NCBI GenBank assembly: GCA_000004985.1
Contig: GG738862.1
DNA: 64,000 bases
Source of the DNA: Naegleria gruberi
Lineage: Eukaryota
Direction: 5' to 3' (one strand)
Every line of letters begins with the position of its first letter. Positions within the stretch are counted from its first letter, which is position 1. Shown in pieces: positions 23,594-33,774 of the stretch. The position numbers and the translations under genes were made by a program. Below the pieces are notes generated by a model, which had not been told where the DNA came from, did not search any database, and saw nothing but the letters and a program-made list of their open reading frames with translations.

Positions 23594-23695
23594 AATTAAT
23601 TATTTCTAAATAATATGTAATTGATTATTATTTTCTTTATTAATTTTAAATCATCTTATAATAATTTAATAAATAATTTAAACAAGATCAAAAAA

Positions 23696-24471
23696 ATGCC
23701 ATCACAAACTCTTTCCCATTTTGTGGGTGATTTAAAGGAATTTTTATTTAATGCAAAGAATTTAAATGCTCCAGAAAATCTGCCGGAACCATCATCCTCG
23801 GAGGAACCAACATCAACATACTTTTTTGAATTGGGAAGGATGTACAATTCGAAAATTGAATTTTGGTTGGCCAAAATGAGAAAGTTTTCCTATGCTTTTG
23901 CGTTATTGACAGTATTACATTTTTGTAAATTATTATTTCATGATTCTATAGATTCGGAAATGAGTCAGTGGAGCGATTTGATGGCAGTGGAAACAGCTCA
24001 AACATTTGTCTTGTCAAATTATCCACTTGTTGGATCGATATTGAATTTAGTATTTGTCAAATTATTAATCTTGATCATGACATTCACTTTGTGTTATCAA
24101 TATTACAACAAGACTAATACTGAAAATATGAAACGACTCAATTTTATCTATTATGCAACAAGTGTTGACATTTTCTTCTTCATGTTACATGTTGTTTTCT
24201 TCTTGTGGAGAGAATATTACACTAACAATGATGGATTATTCATGTTTTCTGATCCACTGTTTAATAGTGTGACATATGTTGGATGGATCATTGTTTCCCT
24301 TTTCTATGTAAGTTGTTTTTCAAATTTGTATGAAATATTTACAATTCATTTTCAATAATAATTTAGATTTGTTACTCTCATGCATCAAAGGAATTATCTT
24401 TGAATATTTTAATTAAAACTGAATTAATACCTTCAATTGAGGAAGATCAATACAATAAGGATGTTTTATAA
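23696..24471 (+). CDS. Hypothetical multi-pass membrane protein; join(23696..24307,24367..24471), intron 24308..24366 (GTAAGT…TAG, 59 nt)
   Basis: Start MPSQTLSHF. Several hydrophobic helices. The ORF ends …SLFY followed by GTAAGT, and an acceptor restores the frame to TAA. Confidence 0.5.
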
Positions 24472-24999
24472 AATCATTACTATTTAAATAATGGTAAGAA
24501 GAATTAGAATAAACCTCATCATTTTAGTTTAATAAGGATTTAATATTCGAATCTTTTACCAAGAGAACATCAAGCTGGAACAAATCTTGTTAGGGCTCCT
24601 AATTGGATGTTATTGTTTTATTTTAATATGATGATGTTTGTTTCAATCACTCATCAGTACAGTAGTAGCAACAATTGTATACCAACAATAATTATCATTG
24701 TAATATTTAAACGTTAAACATTAATGAATAATGACACAATCAACCAATAAGAGGTCAAAAGATGCAAACATCATCACTGATTAATAACAATTAATACACC
24801 TTCAGTATTGTCAATGAGACCATGATTAGACCTTCAAGGCCATTTTCCACGGAACCATCAACTGTCTGTTGTGAAACTCATCAACTTTAAAAAAAAGTAC
24901 ATCAAGAGACAACTCACCCATTACTCTCTTGAAACTTTTCAACAAGAACAAACTACCGAAAAGAAGAGCTTTTTTCGTCTTTAATTATAATTCGAAACA

Positions 25000-27900
25000 A
25001 TGGGTAAAGACGATATTGTTTTCTTACCATCCAAAGAAGTGGTAATTAGTACAATTAAAAAGTTTCAAACAGATTCTTCACTTGAATGGATATTCTTTGC
25101 CTATCAAGAATCTGATCCATCCACAAAACTTGCCAAAGGAAACAGCAATACTATTGAATTGGCTCGTACAGGAAGTGAACCACTCGATAGAAATCAATTG
25201 CAAACTCTTCGTGATGTGACAAAGGATTCTGAAGAAAGTATCAAGGCCTACCTCTCTCCACACAGTGCCAACTACTTTATTGCTCGTATTGATGCAAATC
25301 GTTACATTTTCATTAATTGGATTGGTACAAAAACCAAGACATTACAAAAAACCAGAGTAATGACTCACAGACTTGAATTGAAATCAATGGCTGAGAAATT
25401 ATTGTCCATGTCCTTTGTTTTCGATCATAATGGAATTGATGAGTTTGACAAATTGGTTAATATTGTTGATTCTTCTCGTTCTTTTGAATTTGAAAATATG
25501 AAAGATCAAAAACAAACATCCTCTCCACGTACCACTACTACCACAACTGCTACTACTGGTGGCTCTTCTCAAGTTGCCTCTGCCTCTGCTTCTTTAAAGT
25601 CTGCTTCTTCTTCATCATCATCATCATCTAGTAATACTACTAGTGCTAGTTCTTCTTCAAGTGGTAACAATTCTGCCACTAAGGGATCCTTAATGAACAG
25701 ATACAATCCTCAAACTTTAACAGAACAAGAACAAATCAATGCTAGACGTCATCAACGTTCTGGATCCAAACCACCAAAACTTGGACTTGCTGCAATTATG
25801 CGTCAAGTGTTGAAATTGGACGAAACAAACATTACTCCACTCTTGAAACAACGTTCATTTGGTTGGTTATTGTTGGGTTATAATGCTGATGGTTTGTGTC
25901 AAGTTGAAGGTCAAGGAAATGATCAATGTACATTCCCAGATCCACTCTTTGATGCTTTGAAAGAAGATGATATGCAATATATTGTTCTTCGTTGGGTTTT
26001 ATCTGACACTGGTTATGGTGGTGATGTTGAAAAGACCTATTTCTTGTCATATGTTGGTTCTGCTGTTAATTCTGTTCGTCGTGGTAAGGTAAATCAACAC
26101 AAACAAGAAGTTTATGATTATGTTAATAAGCATTTCCAATTGGGAGGTGAAGTTACAATTACTGCTCTTGAAGAATTGAATGTTGATTACATTAAGAATG
26201 TCATGTTGGGTAATAGAAGTGCTAATACTGTTACTTTGACAGATTGGGGTACTGTTCCAGTTAAGGCATCCCCAGTTGTTGGACAAACTAGTCAACCAAA
26301 GGCAACTGCTTCTCCAATCAATTCTCCAAGAAACATCAAGAAGGAAACAGCTACTGCTTCTGTTGCTACATCATCAGTTACAACAGATGCTCCAGAAAAA
26401 CCAATCGAAAGAAAGGGAAGTGAATTGTTGAGTAAGATTAAATTGGGATTCAAGGAAGGAAAATTGAAGGGTATCAAGGGAACTACTCCTGAACCTGCTG
26501 AAGATCTTACTTCACCTAAGAATTTGAAATCTCCTGGAAGAGAACCACTTAAATCACCAGGTAGAGATGGTCTTACTTCTCCTGGAAGAAAAAAGTCAAC
26601 CAAGGGTGGTATTCTCAGTTTCTCAGCTAACAATATGGACAAATTCTCTGCTAGTTTGAAAAAGAAGGATATTGTAAAGGTTCCTAATTTGGGAACTGGT
26701 CAAAACGCCATCAAGATTGAAGACGAAACTAAGGTTATTGACAAGTTGTACGATCTCAAAGATCCACTCGATAGAAATAACCAATGGGTTTTATTCAGTT
26801 ATCCAAATGACAAGACTCTCAATATTTTATCGCTTGTTGATAGTGGTTCTGAACCAATTTCTAAATCTGTTGCTGTCACCTCTCAATTGACTGATAATGG
26901 TGTCAAGTACTTTATTCACAAGTTCTACGTTGAAAGAAATGGAAGAATTGAAGCTAAATTCAGAGTTATTATCTGGAGAGGTAAATCTATTAGAGCTTAC
27001 TTCAAGGCCATTTGTACTAACCATGCCATGAAGTTGGTCACTACTATTGCTCCTGTCATTACTCAAGTTGAAGGTGATCCAATTATTTTGACTGATGTTG
27101 CTGAAGTTCCAAATGTTGTCTTATCATTGGAAGGTTTTGGTACTCCACTCGATCATGATTCTGCCATTAAGAAATTGGAAGAAAAATTGGCTGCTGCTGA
27201 ACAACGTGAAAAGCAAAAGGAAACTTCATCACCATCCAATAAGATCCAACACGAAAAGAGAGTGTCAATGAAGAAGGCTGATTACAATGCAGGTATTGAA
27301 GCTGGTTTGAAGATTTTGAACGAAGAAGAATTGATTCAAAGAATGAAGGAATTGCAAAGTGATGAAAGTGCCGTTTCCTGGGTCACCATTAGTTATAAGG
27401 ATTCCAAGACTTTGCAACTTGATGGATATGGTTCTGGAACTGCTGAATCATTCAAATCCAAGTTTACTGATGATAAGGTTTACTACACATTGTACAAACA
27501 ATTCTTGGAAGAATTGGGTGGTGCTCCAAAGACTATTCTCATTGCTTGGGTTGGTCAAGATGTCAAGCCAATGGCCAAGGCCTCTACTACTCCTCATCGT
27601 ATTGCTCTCTTCAAGTATTGCTTACGTCACGTCACTTTATCTAGTGAATATCAACCAATCACTATCAATGATTTGGATAATGATTCAATCTTTGGTAAGG
27701 TTTCTGGTGGAAGCAAGAGTGGATCAAGTGGTGTTGTTTCTAAATCATTTGGTGGTAAGAGTCAATCCCTTACACTCGCTGATGAGAATATCATTCTCGA
27801 ACAAGTTAAGGATTTGAATTCTGATGCCACTGCCACAAACTGGGTCAAGCTAGGATATAATGAATCTGGACATTTGAAATATGAAGAAAAGGGACAAGGT

Positions 27901-29859
27901 GGTTTGGCTGAATTTGAACGTCGTCTCTCTGATGATTCTGTAAATTATGTACTTTACAAGACCTATGTTGAACACAGTCCAAAGATTACTTTGATTACAT
28001 GGGTCGGTTCTGGTGTCACTGCTGGTACTGCCAAGGCAAGAGCTACCACACATCAACTTGAATTGGAAGCTTTCGTTAAGAAGGTCTTCACTGTTGCTGC
28101 TTTATATCAAGCTTTAGAAAGAGAAGAATTGAAGGAAGAATTAATCTACAAGAAGGTTGCTGGTTCCAACATTATTATCGCTCCAACTGCTGTCTCAAAG
28201 GGTACATTTGGTGGTAGAGATTCTAGTTTGAAATTCGATAATGATCAAGCTGTTCTTGATGCTTTCAAGGAATTGAGAGGAAATTCTGGAATCAGATGGT
28301 TGCTTTTCGAATATGTTCCTGGAAATCAATACACTGTTCGTGTTTCTCAAATCGGTAAGGGAGGTGTCAGAAACTTCAAACAATACCTCACTGATAACGT
28401 TGTTTGCTATGTTGTCATGCGTTTGACATTTATGGAATATTCAGATGTTGCCAAGGCTATTGTCATTACATGGGTTGGTGAAAATGCTCAAAGTTTCCAA
28501 AAAGCCCTCTCAGGTGGTCATAGAATCAACTTGTACGATTTCACTAGAAAGCAAATCTCAGTTGGTGGTGAATATCAACCTGAAAGTCTTGAAAGCTTGT
28601 CTGATGAAGATTTGCTTTCCAAGATTACTGGTACTAAGAGTGATAATGCTGGTGATGCTTTAGAAGAAAAGATTCAACAACAACGTGCCTTTGAAAGAGA
28701 ACGTATTGTGCAAGTTCAACCAACTATTGAAGTTAAGGATTCCAAGCAATATATTGGTGAATTTAAGGATATTGATTTTAATGGAAAGGAAGAAATCAAG
28801 AAGGCCTTGTTAGAACTTTCTGAAAAGTGTAGAAAGGAACAACATGATAGAGCTCTTGAAGATGCCACCATTCACTACATTAAGATGAAGTTGACTGGTA
28901 AGGAATTACGTGATGTAGTCATTGAATCTACTGGAGATGGTGCATTGAGTGAAGAATGGAGAGCTACTCATCTCGATTCAAAGGAATTCCTTCTCTTCAT
29001 CTTTGGTTTGTTCACATCTGAAGGTGGTTATGGTATGATGACCAAGTATGTCTTTGTTCAATGGACAGGACATGATACCAAGCACTTGTTGAAGGCCAAG
29101 GCCAGTGAAATCAGACAATCCATCTACAATTTCTGTAATAAGGAGTTGAACATGTCTGGCGAAATTCAAGGTTGCACTAAACCAGAACACATTACCAAGA
29201 AGTTGGTTTTGGAAAAGATTACCGGTTCAAACGTTCGTGGTAGTGAAATGAGATTGGAAAAGAAGGACAAGAAATTCGAAGGCTTGGGTAAGGAAAAGAA
29301 GAGTAAACTTGTCATCAAAGACCAAGAAACATTGAATCACTACGTTGAAGATATGATTCTCCAAGATTACCTCGAAAAAGATGAGGATAAGAAGGACGAT
29401 GATGATCCAGAAGAATGGAGAAATCACAAGAGAATTACTAAAGGTAAACTTGATTGGATCTTGTTGAGCTATTCCAAGGATTCCATTGATGAAATCAACG
29501 TTACTGCTCATGGTGAAGGTGACGTTCAAGCTTTTAAACAACACTTGAAACCAGATAGTGTCAACTTTGTAATTATCAGAGTTTTCCACGCTCAAGGTTA
29601 TGCAAAGGATATTTCCATGTTGACCGATAATAGAATCAACCTTGCCAAGCCATACTTTACTCTCATCTATTGGAAGGGAGAAAATGTTCAAGTTTTAGAA
29701 AAGGCTCTCACTTCTCATCACTTTAATGCATTCCACAAGTTGATGACTCAAAAATTCATGAGAATGAAATCATCACTCCAAGGTTCAACTTATCAAGCTG
29801 AAACTTATGAAGAATTGGACATGGAACGTATTAAGAAATTGATGAGATTGTATGATTAA
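25000..29859 (+). CDS. Giant actin-binding-type protein composed of about 8 tandem ADF-H (coactosin/drebrin-like) domains, 1619 aa, single exon
   Basis: Repeated about 130-aa modules, each with a W(V/L)LxxY start, GxGG(L/V)xE(F/L) centre and a (I/L)xW(V/T)GxxV…(K/H) tail, as in coactosin (e.g. WVKLGYNESGHLKYEEKGQGGLAEFERRL…ITLITWVGSGVTAGTAKARATTHQ). Ser/Thr-rich linkers separate the modules. Confidence 0.85.
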   Translation: MGKDDIVFLPSKEVVISTIKKFQTDSSLEWIFFAYQESDPSTKLAKGNSNTIELARTGSEPLDRNQLQTLRDVTKDSEESIKAYLSPHSANYFIARIDANRYIFINWIGTKTKTLQKTRVMTHRLELKSMAEKLLSMSFVFDHNGIDEFDKLVNIVDSSRSFEFENMKDQKQTSSPRTTTTTTATTGGSSQVASASASLKSASSSSSSSSSNTTSASSSSSGNNSATKGSLMNRYNPQTLTEQEQINARRHQRSGSKPPKLGLAAIMRQVLKLDETNITPLLKQRSFGWLLLGYNADGLCQVEGQGNDQCTFPDPLFDALKEDDMQYIVLRWVLSDTGYGGDVEKTYFLSYVGSAVNSVRRGKVNQHKQEVYDYVNKHFQLGGEVTITALEELNVDYIKNVMLGNRSANTVTLTDWGTVPVKASPVVGQTSQPKATASPINSPRNIKKETATASVATSSVTTDAPEKPIERKGSELLSKIKLGFKEGKLKGIKGTTPEPAEDLTSPKNLKSPGREPLKSPGRDGLTSPGRKKSTKGGILSFSANNMDKFSASLKKKDIVKVPNLGTGQNAIKIEDETKVIDKLYDLKDPLDRNNQWVLFSYPNDKTLNILSLVDSGSEPISKSVAVTSQLTDNGVKYFIHKFYVERNGRIEAKFRVIIWRGKSIRAYFKAICTNHAMKLVTTIAPVITQVEGDPIILTDVAEVPNVVLSLEGFGTPLDHDSAIKKLEEKLAAAEQREKQKETSSPSNKIQHEKRVSMKKADYNAGIEAGLKILNEEELIQRMKELQSDESAVSWVTISYKDSKTLQLDGYGSGTAESFKSKFTDDKVYYTLYKQFLEELGGAPKTILIAWVGQDVKPMAKASTTPHRIALFKYCLRHVTLSSEYQPITINDLDNDSIFGKVSGGSKSGSSGVVSKSFGGKSQSLTLADENIILEQVKDLNSDATATNWVKLGYNESGHLKYEEKGQGGLAEFERRLSDDSVNYVLYKTYVEHSPKITLITWVGSGVTAGTAKARATTHQLELEAFVKKVFTVAALYQALEREELKEELIYKKVAGSNIIIAPTAVSKGTFGGRDSSLKFDNDQAVLDAFKELRGNSGIRWLLFEYVPGNQYTVRVSQIGKGGVRNFKQYLTDNVVCYVVMRLTFMEYSDVAKAIVITWVGENAQSFQKALSGGHRINLYDFTRKQISVGGEYQPESLESLSDEDLLSKITGTKSDNAGDALEEKIQQQRAFERERIVQVQPTIEVKDSKQYIGEFKDIDFNGKEEIKKALLELSEKCRKEQHDRALEDATIHYIKMKLTGKELRDVVIESTGDGALSEEWRATHLDSKEFLLFIFGLFTSEGGYGMMTKYVFVQWTGHDTKHLLKAKASEIRQSIYNFCNKELNMSGEIQGCTKPEHITKKLVLEKITGSNVRGSEMRLEKKDKKFEGLGKEKKSKLVIKDQETLNHYVEDMILQDYLEKDEDKKDDDDPEEWRNHKRITKGKLDWILLSYSKDSIDEINVTAHGEGDVQAFKQHLKPDSVNFVIIRVFHAQGYAKDISMLTDNRINLAKPYFTLIYWKGENVQVLEKALTSHHFNAFHKLMTQKFMRMKSSLQGSTYQAETYEELDMERIKKLMRLYD

Positions 29860-30631
29860 TCGACATATCTTTAAATAAATATTCTAAATGTAAAATTGAG
29901 CAAAAGTGTGATGATATTTGTGTAGGTGATCTGGGAATGCAAACTCCATACAATATTAACAATCTTTGTATGTAAACTAATGAAGTAATCCTTGTCAGCT
30001 GTAATCTTGACACCTTAATTATCATCATTTGTTTGCTCTTTCAGTGCAGTTGCACATCCCTCACATAAGGACATGTGACCACAAGGTAAAACAACAGTAT
30101 TAGCCTCTTCAGACATACAAACAACACATAAATTCTCTTTCTCTTCATGATGATGATCAATAGGTGGTAGTAGTAGTATAACTCAATATTGAGACAAGTT
30201 CTTCATCCAAATTTACAAATGGTAAGTTTTTACAATAACAATGATTTGTGATGTTTTGATTTTAAAATATTCGAATAATTGAGGATTGGTATTTAAATAT
30301 TGTAATAATAACTATTGAACTATTTTGAAATTTCTTGAATAAATTAATGAGTATTACAATTATTGTATTTCTTTCAAAGGTTATCAACATTAAGAATCTT
30401 GCCTTTCAAATATTAGAAATCTACCGAAACCTGACAATAAACACGTGGAAGGAATTACATACCTTACAATCGACATTTTCTTCTTTGGTTCCTCTCAAAC
30501 TTTACTACTTTTTAGATCTCTGTCATTCCCGCTCAAACCTTCCGTTACCAAAACAACTATTTGTCTAGCGAACAGTCAAAAAAAATATTCGAAAATAGAA
30601 TATTAGAAACTCTAGCCACGTCAACAACAAT

Positions 30632-32566
30632 ATGAATGACTTTTTGGAGTCGTCTGCTCCTTCTTCGTGTATTACACCAAGACAAAACCATCATTCATCA
30701 ACAGCAAATAATTTCTTCTTGTCCATAAAACAAGTTTCGAATAGTAATGGACACGCCGAGACGAAACATTTGGATGATGAAAATAACAGTAGCATGTATA
30801 GAACCCCTCCACGAAAGCACAAAACTTTCGATTCTTCATCGAGTAATCTTGCAAGTACAGCAAGTATGACCACAGTTTCGGATATGAGTTTAACTCCACA
30901 ACATGCTTGTACATCCATGATTGAATCTGATATGGTTTCGTATGATTCTTTCATATCTAGGACTTCACAATTCTCTTCATCTACCTTCACTTTACTTCAA
31001 GGTGAAAATTCTGATAAGAATTTAATGAACAATAATATTGAACGAAAGTCGTCGATTCTGGACGAATTACTGCAGGACGAAAGTGATTTTATTATTATGG
31101 TAGAATCACCACCTTCCTCTCCAATGAAGAAAGATACTCCTATCAAAGAAAGTCAAAATATTGAGTATTCAATTACCACTTCCTCCATTTCTGTAAATAA
31201 TAGCAACAATAATTCACCTAAACTTGTAAATAATAATCCAGAAATTTCTGGTTATTTATCACCACCAATGCTCAACAAGAAACAATTTTCCAGGAGTTTC
31301 AATGATATTTCTTCTCAAACATGTGAAAGAAATTTATTCGAAAATTCCCCAACAATGGACGAATCCCAGTCAACCACGAGACATATTCGAAGAGAAACCC
31401 TTACTCCAGTCACTGCTGCTTTCCTCAAACAAGCCAGAACTCAAAGAAATTCACTAGCAAGAAAGGGAAATTTCGTTCATCGACTTTCTATGAGAAAATT
31501 TAAAGATTTTTCAGATTTTCAAATTTTCAACTCACAAAATTCTGAGAATTTGGAAAAATCAAAGAAATTGGCACATCAGGAGATTTTTGAAAGAATGAAG
31601 ACAAATCAAGGCAAGTCAATTTGTGAGCTTTCTCAGGAATTTTCAATAGTTTTGATATTTGTTAAGAGTTTCCTTTGTCCTTACTCGTCGCTTTCTATTG
31701 GAAACATGAATAGACAATTGACTAAAATGTTGAGTATGAATGTCATGCCAGTATTTGTCATATTTGGTGAAGAGAGTACTTGTGAAAATGGAGGATTATC
31801 TTTTGAAGGACTGAATGATGGTTCAGAAAATAGACGAAACTCTGTCATTCTTTCAGGGTTAAAGAAGAGTTGGAGAAGTTTCCGTAAGAAACCCAAAGAA
31901 TCATCCAATTCTTCAAGTAGTCTCGATACAATCTTTGGCACCAACTTTACTCAATCAAATTATGACAAATTTTCACAGTACAAACAATTAGTCCAAAGTT
32001 TCAACAGAGTATACGATTCAACAGGTGAATTCTTCCAATATTTCAATGTAAATAAGCTTCCAGTTCAGTCAACCATCAATTTAAGCTCTCTATTCTCAGC
32101 CATCAACATAACAATGCAAGGTTTCAAAGTGGGAATCACCACAGATCATGTTTCCCAATTCAAAAGACTACCAGCACTTTTCCTAATCCACAACAATGCA
32201 GTGATGGAATATAAATTTGTGGACATGCAGGAAAAGCCAGAATATATTGAATTTATGATTGATGCGAATAGTGAGGAATGCGTGGATTCAGAGATGGAAT
32301 CATCAATTTCTGGAATTGAATATGATCTCAATACTCCAGATCAAGATTTTGATAAGGAGAATAAGGAAATTATTACTACCATTCATCCAGAGCAGTTTGT
32401 CTATACGAATAATGTCCAGCAACCATCAAATCAATATAGAGAGCTTTCGGATAATTTCTCAAAACAAAAAGAGGGTCAAAAGAAGGGTATTCGTAGAACT
32501 TTATCATGTTTCTTTGGACAAAACAATTCACCAACTTGTTCGCCAAGAAAGAGAAGTATCAGGTAG
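30632..32566 (+). CDS. Hypothetical Ser-rich protein (644 aa) with a structured C-terminal domain
   Basis: Continuous ORF. The N-terminal half is low-complexity and the C-terminal roughly 300 aa is non-repetitive. Confidence 0.6.
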   Translation: MNDFLESSAPSSCITPRQNHHSSTANNFFLSIKQVSNSNGHAETKHLDDENNSSMYRTPPRKHKTFDSSSSNLASTASMTTVSDMSLTPQHACTSMIESDMVSYDSFISRTSQFSSSTFTLLQGENSDKNLMNNNIERKSSILDELLQDESDFIIMVESPPSSPMKKDTPIKESQNIEYSITTSSISVNNSNNNSPKLVNNNPEISGYLSPPMLNKKQFSRSFNDISSQTCERNLFENSPTMDESQSTTRHIRRETLTPVTAAFLKQARTQRNSLARKGNFVHRLSMRKFKDFSDFQIFNSQNSENLEKSKKLAHQEIFERMKTNQGKSICELSQEFSIVLIFVKSFLCPYSSLSIGNMNRQLTKMLSMNVMPVFVIFGEESTCENGGLSFEGLNDGSENRRNSVILSGLKKSWRSFRKKPKESSNSSSSLDTIFGTNFTQSNYDKFSQYKQLVQSFNRVYDSTGEFFQYFNVNKLPVQSTINLSSLFSAINITMQGFKVGITTDHVSQFKRLPALFLIHNNAVMEYKFVDMQEKPEYIEFMIDANSEECVDSEMESSISGIEYDLNTPDQDFDKENKEIITTIHPEQFVYTNNVQQPSNQYRELSDNFSKQKEGQKKGIRRTLSCFFGQNNSPTCSPRKRSIR

Positions 32567-32579
32567 ATATCTACAGATT

Positions 32580-33245
32580 TCAAAATCCACTACCACCACC
32601 AAAATTAAAACCACTACCGTTACTTGGTTTAATTGGTGGTTTAGTTCCAAATGTAGTACTAGTACTTCCAAAAGCAAATCCAGTAGTAGGTTTAGTTTCC
32701 ACATTTTCCAAATATTTCGAAATCAATTGTTGATGGGACTTTGAAATCAATTCAGTCAATCCATCCATACTGTAATATCTTGCCTCAACAAACAAACTCT
32801 CCAAAGCATGATTATCACTAGGAAGCACAAAATTCTTCACATCACCTCCACTTCTCAAATAATTCAAAATATATCTGAAATAAGTTGGATCTCTATCAAT
32901 AAAAATTGATTCATCAGCCGAATCTTTGATTAAATTATGTAAACCAGAGACAAGTGAATTGAAATAATTTGGATCATAGTGCGTATTTTCTAATGATTTT
33001 GAAGGTTTGATCAATTTTTGAGTTAAAGTTTCTTTGGAAACTGCAAAAATAACGCCTCCAACGTTTAGTTTAATTATTTCACCATCTTGGAATTCGTATT
33101 TGGTGGAAACTTTTTTCAATTCAAGGAATTCGTGTTCTCTCTTTGTCATGGAAGTGCTCCAAGAGGAAAGTTTTTCTTCTAGTTGTTTCATAGTTTCCGA
33201 AATATCTTGTTTGATGGTGTCAAAAGTATTCTCAGAGTTGTTCAT
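32580..33245 (-). CDS. BTB/POZ (KCTD/T1-type) domain protein with C-terminal FG-repeat tail
   Basis: BTB signature IIKLNVGGVIFAVSKETL…IFIDRDPTYFRYILNYLRSG. C-terminus GFAFGSTSTTFGTKP…GFNFGGGSGF. The stop lies 13 bp from the stop of the convergent gene at 32566. Confidence 0.75.
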   Translation of the reverse strand: MNNSENTFDTIKQDISETMKQLEEKLSSWSTSMTKREHEFLELKKVSTKYEFQDGEIIKLNVGGVIFAVSKETLTQKLIKPSKSLENTHYDPNYFNSLVSGLHNLIKDSADESIFIDRDPTYFRYILNYLRSGGDVKNFVLPSDNHALESLFVEARYYSMDGLTELISKSHQQLISKYLENVETKPTTGFAFGSTSTTFGTKPPIKPSNGSGFNFGGGSGF

Positions 33246-33415
33246 TTTTTTTGATTAGTTTCGAATTCCACGAAACCATTCCAATAATTTAATAATCCAA
33301 TTTATTATTTGTTTTGTCATCTCGTATTTACCTGGTCTGTAACCAAAACATTTAGATGAAGTAGGTTATTGTCCATTTCTCAACTGATTTAACAAAAAGA
33401 AGTTAATTTGAAAAA

Positions 33416-33533
33416 GACTACAGCACCACAGGTTCCCAAGTTGTCTCCAACCTCAGTACTGATGTGGCTCGACGATGCTTAACTTCTCAAATCGGACGGG
33501 ATGAGGTGCATTCATCGTGATATGGCCGTAGCC
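33416..33533 (-). rRNA. 5S ribosomal RNA, copy 2 (identical to copy 1)
   Basis: Same 118-nt sequence as 10666..10783, with the same 3' flank (T-run, CAAATTAAC). Confidence 0.9.
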
Positions 33534-33774
33534 ATCTACAATCTTAAATTCTGAAATATATTCAAAATGTTAAACTAAATGTAGCGTCCCACACCAGAAA
33601 CATTTACAATTGGAAGAAAATTATGATCAGAAACAAGATTTTCGAATTGGTGTTTCTGGAGTGACTGGTGTAGTTGGAGTAGCCACAACAATTTTCACAA
33701 CACTGAACGAATCACTTTGAATATTTTTGGATAGATATTGTTAAATTTGAAGATTCAAATGCCAAACCATCACA

